Position numbers and translations under genes: made by a program. The notes under the pieces were generated by a model. The model worked only from the letters and a program-made list of their open reading frames with translations. It made no database searches and was not told where the DNA came from. From NCBI GenBank assembly GCA_050084515.1, contig CM114271.1:5022001-5086000 (forward strand): a DNA stretch of 64,000 nucleotides, in the 5' to 3' direction. This DNA comes from Blasia pusilla. Taxonomy: Eukaryota. How positions within the stretch are numbered: position 1 is the stretch's first letter; every line of letters starts with the position of its first letter. Below, piece after piece: positions 52,393 to 64,000 of this stretch.

Positions 52393-52512
52393 AGGGGGGA
52401 TGAGAAAAAGGGGGAGATGGGATCCATATGGACTAGTCTTTCCATAGAATATAGGTAACTCCATAGGCATAGACATGTCCACAGACACAGACTTTGTCCA
52501 TATACAATCTTG
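52393..52512 (+). mobile_element. hAT-type MITE, right-end fragment
   Basis: GACATGTCCACAGACACAGACTTTGTCCATATACAATCTTG matches the family's right terminus. Confidence 0.7.
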
Positions 52513-52689
52513 ATTATTACCAAATCCTACTACTTTGCCATCCTTACATATCACATGTGCACCCTTGCTTTCAACTCCCATCTATTATACCCTTATCCCT
52601 CCTCTTCTACTTCCTCCTCCTTCCCCAACCTACTTACCCCCTCATTGTCATCCATCATTATCACAAGCATCTCCCACATCCTCTCCTTG

Positions 52690-53092
52690 TAACCCTTCTA
52701 CTTCTACATTTGTGCCAAAGGTTTATTACATACCATATGGTAAGGAGTTTGCTCCTAATGCATGGGATCAAAATAAATCAATGGTCTTGTCAATCTAAGT
52801 ATGGGCCTTCAATCCCTAACCTAATGCCACCTCCTATTGAGCTCCCCACAACAACTACTTGGGCCTAGTTAAGCCAATGTGATCTCCTTTGTGCTTTCTT
52901 TCTTGCTCTTCCTCATCCTAAACCCTTCTACTTCTACATGTGTGCCAAATGTTCATTGCATACCATGTAGTAAGAAGTTTACTCCTAATGGGATCAAAAG
53001 ATATCAATGGTATTGTTGATCCATGCACGGGGCTTCAATCCCTAACTTGATACCAGCACTTATTGTGCTTCTCACAACAAGTGTTTGGACTT
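52690..53092. repeat. Two diverged tandem copies of a roughly 175-bp unit
   Basis: AACCCTTCTACTTCTACAT(T/G)TGTGCCAAA starts at 52691 and 52921, and the copies stay colinear to about 52866 and 53092. Confidence 0.85.
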
Positions 53093-53929
53093 GGTCCATT
53101 GCAAAAAAATTTGGGTTTTAGTACTCCCTCCAAGGGTCATTGTAAACCCTCCAGGCGGATTCGGCGCTTTTTGTTTGGGGATTGGAAGAATCTTCAAAAT
53201 GACTATTTACTTCAAGTATAGGCCTAAACAATAACTCATCCCACTTAACATGCTTATCATGGGAGGCCTTCAATACAACAAAGCCTTCAACAAAGTTTAC
53301 TTTTGAGGCAAGTTGGTGAGTTTTCACGTGTGGCTTGAGCATTAGGTCTTCTCTCTCTAAGGCTTCTAAGTGCAGACACAAGGGCACTCTTAGAAGCTCT
53401 TCACCTCCTTCAAGCCATGATGCATTATCTTTTGTGGGAGATTGTACAATATGTTTTGACTTGGAGGTTTTCACAAGGGTTTCTTTCCATACTCATATGT
53501 TATTAATAGGCAAGCTTTTAGGCATGGTTTTGAGCATCTCCACCATTTTTTTATCTGGACACATTGGCAAGATATTTTTTTATCTCTATATAAGTTGTGT
53601 GCACATATTGCCACATGTTGCCTCCCATAGTCTATCTATAGGCTCTTGGGTTCTTGTCATTCATTGGCTATGGCTAATCCTCTTTCTAGTATTCGCCTTT
53701 TGTCCATTGGAGAGTTTTTATATTGCTTGGTTGGTCGATCCTTTGTTTGCAATTTCATCCTCATTTTAGCGCCCACTTATTTATTTATTCTCCAATCAAC
53801 TTGGGGCATGCATTTTGGTTATCCCATAGATGGCCCACTCTTTGCTAGTGAACATTTTTTTACTTTTAAAGCATTATCCCAAGTATTTCCATCTTGTCTA
53901 CATCCTTCTATTACTAAGATGCCCACATT

Positions 53930-55420
53930 ATAGGTCCTCTTTTTGAAGTGGTTCCTACTTATACCCATTTTGTAAATCAATTCTCTAACTTAAATCTTAA
54001 AGTCCAACCTAGTAAATGTTCAATATGGTCTCCTTCATGCCTTCCCTCAACATTCATCCTGTTTACTCGTGATCTTCCCATTTATATTGAAGGGGTTTGA
54101 GTTCATGGGATTCCAATTGGCTTCATCGATTATGTCTCCAAGTTCTTATATAAGGCCCTTTTGAAAGCTGTAGAATGGGTTCATTTGTTACCTTATCTAG
54201 GGGATCCGTGAGTCGTTTATGGGATTCTCCCCCAATATTTTCTATGATTTTCCTCTTACCTTCTTCTTTCCTACTTCATTTTTCTTATATTAATTGGCCT
54301 CTTTTGACACTTCTAACACGGTAACTTTTTTTCAACTTCTTGGTTAGAATACATTTGAAGGAGATGATGACGTCTTGGCTTCACAATAAGTAATCTTGCA
54401 TATTTCTTTTGGAGGGATGGAGCTTTCCTCCATGGTAGCATATATATTCGCTTCAACAAATTTTATGGGGAATTGGAAGTTGGTAGCATCAATTATGACT
54501 TCAAGGTTTCTCCAAGGAGATGCATCTATCTTGATGGATCATGTTACCTATGTAGAGGAGGGGGATCTTTTCTTCCAGAGCGCTTGAGATGTGCTCAAGC
54601 TCTCTTTCCTCTTGCTACATAAGCAAGTATATCCCCTCTCAATCAATTGATTACGAAAGGGCTTGATTGACATCAAGAGCATATTTGTGAGAATTTGCAC
54701 CAAATAAAATTTTCGAACATTCTCTCTGAGGAATCCTTTGGCACTCATCGATTTTTTCTGCATTCGTATGCAGGTACACAAGCGGGGGCATGGCTTAGTA
54801 GTTATTTCAAATCCTCTTATTCTTCCAATTATTTTGTTCCTCGAAGTATATTCTCAAAAACTATGTTGTTATATCTTGGATTTCTCCATCCTTCTCTGTT
54901 AGGTAATGCAAAGGATATCCATATTCTTTGATGTGCACATAGTGAAGAAATTTAAGAATGAACAACTATATGTAATATTATTAGGGAAGAAATAGCATTG
55001 CTAGCTCGTATTGAAGGGTACATTATTGGCCAACTATAAAAACATGTTCTACTTTCAACTACACAAGCAACCTCTAGTCAGAGAGTTTATATTATTATGT
55101 CTCAAGGTGGATTTTGGATATTGGATGATGTCATGGTTTTTGATCCATCATGTTTTCACTTGGTATATCAAGCGGCACATACTAAAGGTTCGACCGTTAA
55201 AATAGTAGCAAGAATCAAGGAGTAAAGTTATGTTGTGAGACATGAAATTTATGGATTTATTCCTTTTGTAGATGAAGTATTTAGGCACTTACATGTGCCT
55301 TTTTATACTTTCCTAAAAAATGTGATCACCACTCCCTCGAGAATTATCACATTTCCCCTTCTTGTAATCCTTCTCTTTTTGTAGACACTACATAAAAAGG
55401 TTTGTTTGAGCTTTGATAAT
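53930..55420 (+). mobile_element. Old 5'-truncated CRE-like non-LTR element
   Basis: Fragments LKVQPSKCSIWS, GV*VHGIPIG, GDP*VVYGIL, ISFGGMEL, FMGNW, AGTQAGAWL and FIPF are colinear with the RT-thumb/RLE half of the adjacent 56.4-59.8 kb element. Confidence 0.7.
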
Positions 55421-56379
55421 ATGATAAAATGGATTTCTTCTCCTTCCCTCTTAAGATTAGACATGAAAAAAATATTTTTGAAATCTTCCTTTTTGAAAAC
55501 ACGCCAATTTTTCTCTTCCAATTTATTGCCTCTTTTTTATTTCATTCAATATAGATATTAGATTAAATAAGAAAATTTCATAAGTTATGAAACTATAATT
55601 AAAACATTCACCATGTTAAGAAAAACCCCAAATGCACTTGCAAATGTACATTTCATGTTCTATTCATGGTACAATTAAGAGTTCGGGTAGTTTTTTATGA
55701 CAACTAGTACATTTCCGGTTGATACAAAATTGCACGGTAAATTTCTGAATTTTTCGTAATCCGATCGACTAAACACATACAAGTACAAAGGAAAACCTAC
55801 CTATACCGTCGGTTTTTGGCCGATTATTGAAAAACCAGATTGGAAATTTCTGAATTCTTCCCCGCAGCTCAACATGTAACCCGATTCATACCCAATGGTT
55901 TAGGGACGGGACGGAGGGAGGGCGCAGCGGAGCTCTGAGGGATGGCGGCAGGGATGGAAAGGACTTTGATGGTGGGATGGAGGATGGAGGGGGGTCATGT
56001 GTTATATCAAAACGGAGCTATCGACTTCCTCTACGTTTTGATCCGTAGCGTCAATCTTATAGTGAAGTATTTTTCATTTTATTTTATTTTATAGATTTCA
56101 TTTTCTTAGGGTTTCTCATATAGGTATTCGGGTCCTCTTTGTTGTCTCGTTTCGTTGTCATGCCTTGAATGTTTCCAAGACAACCCATGTTGTTATTCCA
56201 CACCATTTTTTTTTTTCTCTATGTCCTTATCCTGTAGCCACACACGTTTCTCATTCACGTTTGACCCATGTTTTTCTCCCTTATCCCACTCTATTCCCAT
56301 CTCTTTTTTCCATCTATTCTTTTTCCATATCATTAGTATCTCCATACTATCTCTACATTGTTTTGGGAAGGGGTTGGGC

Positions 56380-59300
56380 CATAGGTCCTAGGTGAAGATG
56401 GTAGATGAGAGTTCATACTAGGGAGAGCATTTCCGTGGACGGGAAGAGAGCCGATTACCATTAGGGCTACTTTGATGGGGGTTGTGGGGCGGATTTTGGC
56501 GGGGTTTGTCTCTCGAGTTTGACGGAGGGGGTCATGTTCTCTTCTTGGTGAGAGGTATCCATGCCTCGACCCGCATCGTCCCCTCGTGTAGGGGCTCGTG
56601 GGTCGTCTAGCCGAGATACGAAATGCCCTTGTTGTCTCGAATTCTTCACTCGTTCAGGAATTCGGAACCATTTAGCCACTAAACATCCTGACTTTGATAG
56701 ATTCGGATGGGTGGTTCCTCTAGTCGATCATGGATGCTCACCGGTGCTTCATGCATCATCGCCCCTCCCGAGGCATGGGAGTGGTTGAGGTCCCATCTTG
56801 GCAGCATCACAGGTCTTTTTGAGACTCGTTTTCCCTGCCCGAGGTTATTTCAAAGGATCCCCCGTGCTATTCGGGATGAGCTTTGCCAGTCTTTCCTCCT
56901 TCCCTTATCTAGGATTGCACTTGATCCTATGGATGAGCTCTCGTGGTATCTACTACTTCTCCTTCCACAATGGTGTCTTTGCTATATCCGAGGAGGGAAG
57001 GTTGGCCATAGAGAGGTTGTGGCCGGATTGCGGCGCTTTCGAAGAGGTGATTGGGAGTCTCTGCGAGCGAGTTCGTGGCATATGCCAGAGGTAGCATTCC
57101 ACGTGTTTTCCCAGCGGAAGATCTTGTAGTTGCTAGATTGCGACGATGTAGGAGACTTGGGCGAGCCAGGGAGTACTCGCGAGTGGCTCGGGCGCTCCGC
57201 CCTATGGATATGGCTCCTCCTTCCGCTGTTACCATCTACGCCCTCTGGAGGCTACACCCTTGTCCAATGGTTGACATCCCTGCATTTGTACGTGACTTCC
57301 ATCATGACACGACCTTATGCCTAGACCCGTCCCTCTTTGCACGGGCACTCGGGCGTTCCCCTAGGATAGCAGCTGGAGGGTTGTCCGGTATGATGTACAA
57401 ACACCTTCGTGATTGCTTTCCCCCCGAGGACTCTGCTAGCGACTTTTCCGAGTTGATTCATGTTGCCTCTCACCTAGCTCAGGGGAGAGTGCCAACAGCA
57501 ATAGCCCAGGTATTGGGGGCGGGGCGACTTTTGGCGTTATCGAAGGAGGGTGGAGGGATCCATTTGATTTCCATAGGGGAGGTGCTCTTACGGTTGGTGA
57601 GTCGCACTATCGCTTTGCAATTCCGTGAGGCTTTCCAGTCACATCTGAGTCCGCACCAATTCGGAGTTGCCACGCCAGCCGGTTGTGAGGATGTAGCCTT
57701 AGGTTTGAGGGCTTGTTTAGATATACATCCCGAGTGGGTGGTTCTCCAAGTTGATGTGGAGAACGCCTTTAACTCAGTGTCTCGGGCAGCTATCTTCACG
57801 GAGCTGAGAGACGCAGGGGGTCCCATAGCGAGTCTGATTCCCTTCGTGCATGCCTTTTATGGGGTCCCCTTGGCTCTCTATTTCACTACAATAGGTTCGA
57901 GGAGGAGGTCACGGTCTTGGAGTCTGCTACCGGGACGCGTCAGAGTGATCCCTTGGGTGGTGCATTGTTTCTTTGGCTCATTATCGAGCGGTTCTTTCTA
58001 TGGTGGAGGCTTTCCCGAGTTGCATTTTCCCTTCGTTGGCAGATGATACTCACATTTTTGGCCCTGGAAACTTGGTTGTTCCTGCATTTCAGCACTTTTC
58101 AACACAGTTGCCACACGTCGGCCTCGCGGTGAAGGTGGGAAAGTGCAAGGCTTGGTCTTCATTAGGCTTGTCAGCGGATATTCATTTACCCGGCGGTTTT
58201 TTGACACCTGTTGGAGGGCTTCGCGTCTTGGGAGTCCCACTCGGGAGCCAGGACTTTGTATCGAGTTTTGTGGCGGCGGCTCTTACCGAGGATCTTCTTC
58301 ATGTCGACGATCTCACGAGGATTGATGACCCTCAAGTAGCTTATGGAATCCTCTCGTCATGTTTTTCCCGTAGACCTGGTTATCTGTGTAGAACCGTGTG
58401 GGCAACTAGCCATATTTCTTCCTTGTATAGATCCTTTGATAGAAAGATTATGCAGGGGTTTGGGGATCTTCTAGGACCCGGCTCATTAGAGTGCCCCGCG
58501 GGGGAGTTAGCTCATAGTCAGGCTTCTTGGCCGATTGCCTTTGGTGGAGTAGGTCTCATAGCGACTGAGTTAGTAGCGTCTTCAGCCTTTTTAGGGAGTT
58601 GGGTCAGTGTAGCACCTCTCCTTTGCTCCCGATTTTTTGTTACGGATAGACCGCTACTTTTACAGACGTTTCCCATGTTGAGGATGGTCTTCTCCCACTC
58701 AATCTTCACTCACAACTTGTAGAGACTCCCTTCTTCTTGAGGCTAGAGCAGTTCTTCCCGCTTTCTCTTCCCTAGTTACCTCTGGAGAGTGTAGGCTCCA
58801 ATCTTCTTTGATGGAAGCCCACTTTTGATGCATTGTTTAGAGCTACTATGTCGGACGGGAATATCCCCATGGAGGTTCGGGCCCGTATTCGCTCTTGCTC
58901 TGAAAAGGGGGCAAGCTCATGGGTAGGGGCTCGTTCCCTCATCCCGGCTTTCCGCATCACACCACTTACCTACACTACAGCGATGAGGTTCCGACTGGGC
59001 CTGCCCCAACGAACGGTGGTTGGTTCGACACATTGCGAGTGTCGCCGGAGCCTGGATCCACTTAGTGTGCATTTGGCACGGTGTTCAGTTGGGGGTGAGA
59101 GGATAGCCACTCACGATGCAGTGCCGGATATTATGTTCTCTATTGCTCGAGAGAGTGGATTCCATGTACAAAGAGAGAGTCACTACTCCATACGGGATTC
59201 CCTCATCCGTGCTGATCTCTACATGACGAGGGAGTCTGAGGTGGTGGTAGCGGATGTTGTAGTGACGGATCCTACGCGGGAGGCGGTGCGAGCCCAAGTG

Positions 59301-59775
59301 GTAGCACAAGGGAGATTTCTACAAGGAGCGGCGGCGGCGGCCCACATTTCTAGTCGACTTCATGACGGACATCGATTTATCCCCCTAGCCATTGAGATGT
59401 GTGGGGCGATGGGGGAGAGGTTTGACTCGTTCCTTACGGATTGCGCCCATCATCTCCAGTCGAGAAATGGTTTGTCCTTAGCCACTGCGGTACTTTGTTG
59501 TAGGCAACGGGTCTCCATAACTTTGCAACGCGCCCTGGCAAATGGGCTTCTGCGGCGGACCCAACCGCCGCCAATGCTAGAGGCCCACTTAATAGTAGTC
59601 ATATTTTTCTAGGTGTTGCTGATATTTTCTCTGCTGGTGATGATTTTGGTGGTTAGGGGAAAACCCCTTCTTTCTCATCGGGACCGATTATGACCTCTTG
59701 AGGTCTATTTTTTAGCCCTCTATGCCCCCTCTTTTGTATAGTGATGGGTTTCTCATCCTTTTTCTAATATAATTT
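56380..59775 (+). mobile_element. CRE-like (RLE-bearing, single-ORF) non-LTR retrotransposon, near full length with a few frameshifts
   Basis: N-terminal C2H2 finger CPCC...IRNHLATKH. RT motifs AAGGLSG, RLLALSKEGGGIHLISIGEVLLRL, HQFGV..PAGCE, QVDVENAFNSVSR, GTRQSDPLG, LADD and VLGVPLG. Then CEC...HLARC..GGERIATHD and RADL..DV...FIPLAIE..G, a restriction-like endonuclease. Confidence 0.9.
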
Positions 59776-62070
59776 ATTGCTTTTCCCTAAAACCCCCACA
59801 TGTGATTCTTGTGAATGAACATGGACTCCCCAAGAAAGCCTAAGGAGAAGTTGTCCTTTCAATAACGGTCTGAATGGAAAGCACGAGAAACGTTTGATGT
59901 TTATGTCCCAAATAAATTTCGAGGTCAACACACGTACCATTCAACCAGCAATAAAACATCGATCCTGCTTTTCCAACATCCGAATGTTCCTCGTTCCAAG
60001 ATAATAATACCACCAATTCATGCTATATCATTTATTTCAATGTAGATACTTTCTGCCAACAAAAGTGTACATTATACCCAAGTATAGGGACTACTTTTTA
60101 CTATGCATTTGGGACCACAAGTAGTCGTTATTTATCACTTTCATAGAATACTTGAAAGAAGAAAAAACAAGTCCTCTCCTCCCTTAAAGAAAAGAAAAAG
60201 AAAATAATTATTGGTTTTTCTTATCGGGAACCCTTTTCGTTCCCTATTGAACCAGAAATCGCTCCCAATACTCTTCGGACCATAGCAGAACGTGCCTCCT
60301 GTAACGGGTAGGGTCCTCGTGCAAGGACAGAAATTGTGCAGGTGTTATTGCTGTCTACAGTGACTCCACGGAGAGAAAAGTTCTGTCACAGGACACGGAC
60401 GGTCTGTGTCCGTGGACTGGACGGATGGAAGCCGAGTTTCAGCCGTCCGATAGGTATTTCGTTAATCATCGTAGAGGCGTTGGGATGACACTTGTCCTCC
60501 TCTAATGGAGAAGATCCAACTACTTCCACCGAAAAAAGTTCGGTCCGATGTCACTTTATGGGGCGCTATTACTCTCTAGCACGATGTTGGTGCGCATGGC
60601 AAGTTTTTTCCCCTTTGAAAAGGGAAATAATGTATAAAAACAATAATATTAACAATTAAATGGAGGAGCCCCTTTCAAGGTTTCAAAAAGTCGTCATATG
60701 TAAGTTTGACAAGGAAAAACATGTGAGAAAACATTATTTACGGTTTCTAGTTTGTTTGGGCATGATTTTGGGTTTGTGTGATTTTTTCCATGGTAGAATA
60801 AATGTTTGTGTCGAGATTTTTTTTATCCACGAGAGGTTAATTGGATTCGTGTGACCTTGCTTATTAGTAGGAGAGATTATCCAAAAATGATAGATAACTT
60901 CTTTTTAATCGGTGAGAGCTTAATAGGATTCGTGTGATCTTAATTGTTCCACTCGTATGACTTTAATTGTTCCACTCATGACATTCTAATCTCACCAATC
61001 AAATTTCATTCAATACTAAACTTGAATCAATCTGAATTGTATAGGTTCGTGTGTGCTTGGATTTGAGCTTTTGCATTCCATTCACCTGTGTGATCTACAT
61101 TTGAATTCTAACAATCCAATCCCTCTAGATAAAGGGCCGCACCCTGGTTGTCATCCTTCACTTGAATAAATCTGCAGAAAAAGTCATGGTTTTAAAGGCA
61201 TAGGACTATATTATGAATGAAATACATGAGAACCTGATCAAAAAATACACCTGACAATATCCAAAACCCATATAAGAATACAATTAGCCTCCTCAAGGCC
61301 TTTTGCGGCCATTTCATAGATGGTCGAAGGAATTATTCAACAATTCATACTTGTTGATCATAAATATGGGTATTATATAGCATGCAAACTAGTGTGACAG
61401 TTGGGCTTCCAACCATTTCTACCACTAAGGTATCACGATTATGCATGCAAAATCCCTCGTTTAATAAATCTAAGCTTTTTTCATATTAAAATCGGTCACA
61501 ATGTCAAAATGCATTTGTGGGTGAATAAGGAAAAACATTGGAAAAAAAAAACTCTCCAACTATAATGTAGATGATTGCAAGTCTTACAAGCAAATCATAA
61601 ATTTTGATAGAAAAGGAGTTTATAATTTTACTTTAGATTAGATCCTCATTTCATGTCAACCAGAATTCCAAGCCAATGACCAATTCTTATGATCACTCTA
61701 TACATTTATTAGTAAACATCCCAAAATAAAAGAGGACAATTTGACCTCTCACTCGTTGAAGTCAATTGATAAGTATAAAAATCCAATTTGAAAGAATCCT
61801 ATGTTGAAGAACTAGGAATATGGCAAAAAGGTTTCCTAATTCCTTGAGATCCAATCATACGACGGAACATCATTACAAACATTTTCTAACCCTTGTGTTC
61901 GTATTTGACACCACAAACTTATCTTGCAACCCATTTTTATTCAATCATGATCTTGAGAGACCTACCGAGTATGCTAGTATTCAAACAAAAAGTGGGAACT
62001 ATGCTGGTATCAAAACTAAAATGGTTACTTTCTGCATATAGGTAGGGTTGACTAGAAACATATGTGACAT

Positions 62071-62387
62071 TATGGTTGCACAAAAACGGACAAGTTTGTC
62101 CCTAGGACAGATACGGAAAAACAAATTTGGACATGTCCATAGACATGGATTGGAAAATACGGGGACCACACTTATAGTTCATGATGGAAGGCAACGCAAG
62201 GGAGGGCAACGCAATAAGGAGGTAGGAGGAGGAAGAAACGAGAAAGTGCAGATCATGAAAGCAAGTGGGGGGACTAAGAAAGAAGGGGGAGATAAGGCCC
62301 ACACGGACAATCCATTCTATAGCACCGATGTAAGTCCACGGACATGGAAATGTCCACGGACACGTAATTTGTCCATATGCAACCTTG
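62071..62387 (+). mobile_element. hAT-type MITE with perfect 8-bp TSD
   Basis: TIRs TATGGTTGCA...TGCAACCTTG; TSD TGTGACAT at 62063-62070 and 62388-62395. Confidence 0.92.
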
Positions 62388-63223
62388 TGTGACATGGTTA
62401 TGAAAAAAGTGGTATAATTTATATACTTGAGTGTAAAGTGAGGGCTATTAAGAAGTTATGGAAAATTTGAGCAAGGGAATTTAAGGGTTCTCTTCCATAG
62501 TGGTAAGTTTGCTTGCTAAGCTCCTGATTATAATTCTAAACATAGATCCAATAGCTTTATGCATACTTACAAACACGAAACAATTTACCAACAACAACAA
62601 TAGCCACATATAACTATGACCATATGCATTTTATTTTATCAAATTATTTAACCTTATGCATATGCATATTAACAACTTTAGATTTGGCCCCTCCCTACTC
62701 CACACTCGTGACTACTTATTATATAATTTTAGAGATTAATTCAAAATCAACTCCATACTCACACTCTATAAGATTACAATCACCAAACATACTATTTGGC
62801 TTGACAATAACTTATAAAATATGAATTTTTGGAAAATTCATATTTTCTTACTTTTAAAAAAATCCTTCTTTAACTAAAAAATAATTTTTATTCTAAGAGT
62901 GAGATTACAAATAATTTAAACTTGAGAAAAAAAAATCATCTATGTGCTAAAAGTTTTGGGGCTCTAAGCCTCTTCACACGAGTGGTTTACATTCAACCCT
63001 TAGTCTATTAATACACTTTTGTTATCTCTTTTTAATTTTTTTGGTCTCACCCCTCTCCTTGTCCCCTTTCTTTTTTATTGTATGGGTAAGTTGGACCCCT
63101 ACTTTCCCCATGCCAAATGTTAAAGTTAGCGGTTCGTGTATACAACAAAGGCCCTGCATCCACTGCGTATATTTTCGGAAAAAAATTTCTTCCTTCTTTT
63201 CATATGTGAGATTTGTATTTCTC

Positions 63224-63553
63224 CAAGGTTGCAAGTGGACAAAGTTTGTGTCCGCGGACATATCCATGTTCGGGGTCTTACATTCGTGCTATTGAAGAAT
63301 TTGTCCATGTGGACCCCACCTTCCCCTTCTTTTTCATTCCCTCCACTTGCCTTCAAGTTCCATACTTCCCCGTTTCTTCCTCCCTCGATATCCAGTCCCT
63401 CCCTCCTTATTGCCTCACTCGTCCTTACCCTACCTTCCATCATAAGCTATAAGTGTGGGGCCCACCTCTTGTAATTCATATTTGTGGACATGTCCAAACT
63501 TGCCCGTGCATGTCTATCCCAAGGACAAACTTGCCCATTTCTATACATCCATG
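63224..63553 (-). mobile_element. hAT-type MITE with perfect 8-bp TSD
   Basis: Termini CAAGGTTGCA...TACATCCATG; TSD TATTTCTC at 63216-63223 and 63554-63561. Confidence 0.92.
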
Positions 63554-64000
63554 TATTTCTCTAAACCAAAGTCTTATTTCGTTAACATAATGTGTTGTCT
63601 TTACGTCGATTTGGATAATGGTGGATCCTCCTTAAAGGGTCTGGACGGAACTGGTGGTCTGTTCACAAGTTCGCTTAAGGGGGTCTTGCTCTACCCATAG
63701 GGGACTTGGGAATCCATTCAATCTATACACGCCAATAACATGGACATATACATGAAAAAGTGTGGCCTCTAACACCTATCATAACAAAATGAGTGTTATG
63801 TCATAGTTGATAATTTGGGGGGTTGGAAATATGAAACTAAGGATTGTAAATATCCGTGCATATGCCTCACCTATACCCATACCCATAAGTTATTCCTTAC
63901 TCTATTTATTTCCATTGCAATATCCACTATCTATCCAACCCATCTATTTCTCCACCACCATATCTACTATCGTATTCCATATCCGCAACATACTCTAAAA

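Overview
Repeat-dominated eukaryotic nuclear DNA, most likely from a non-seed land plant (inferred from the gene and TE content). I can support only one intact host gene: a two-exon secreted plantacyanin/phytocyanin (minus strand, 4510-5271). It carries a miR408-like site that is mismatched at the central slicing positions. The rest is nested, mostly decayed transposons: chromodomain Gypsy elements, an APE-type LINE, two tandem CRE-like RLE non-LTR elements, a CACTA end, and a hAT-type MITE family with 8-bp TSDs. The main discovery is a Ty3/Gypsy LTR family present in three degenerate copies (about 22.7-32.3 kb +, 46.2-50.4 kb -, 13.0-15.7 kb -) with the layout gag-protease-[DNMT3-like C5 cytosine methyltransferase]-RT-RNaseH-integrase-[PHD finger]. 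In copy 1 the methyltransferase motifs I-X can be read in order once stops and frameshifts are bridged and a chromovirus insertion at 26047-28050 is removed. Copy 2 independently keeps motif I (LDLFRGI) and the catalytic motif IV (DLVIEGWPC). All domain calls come from manual translation and motif recognition, not database searches. Boundaries of decayed elements are approximate.
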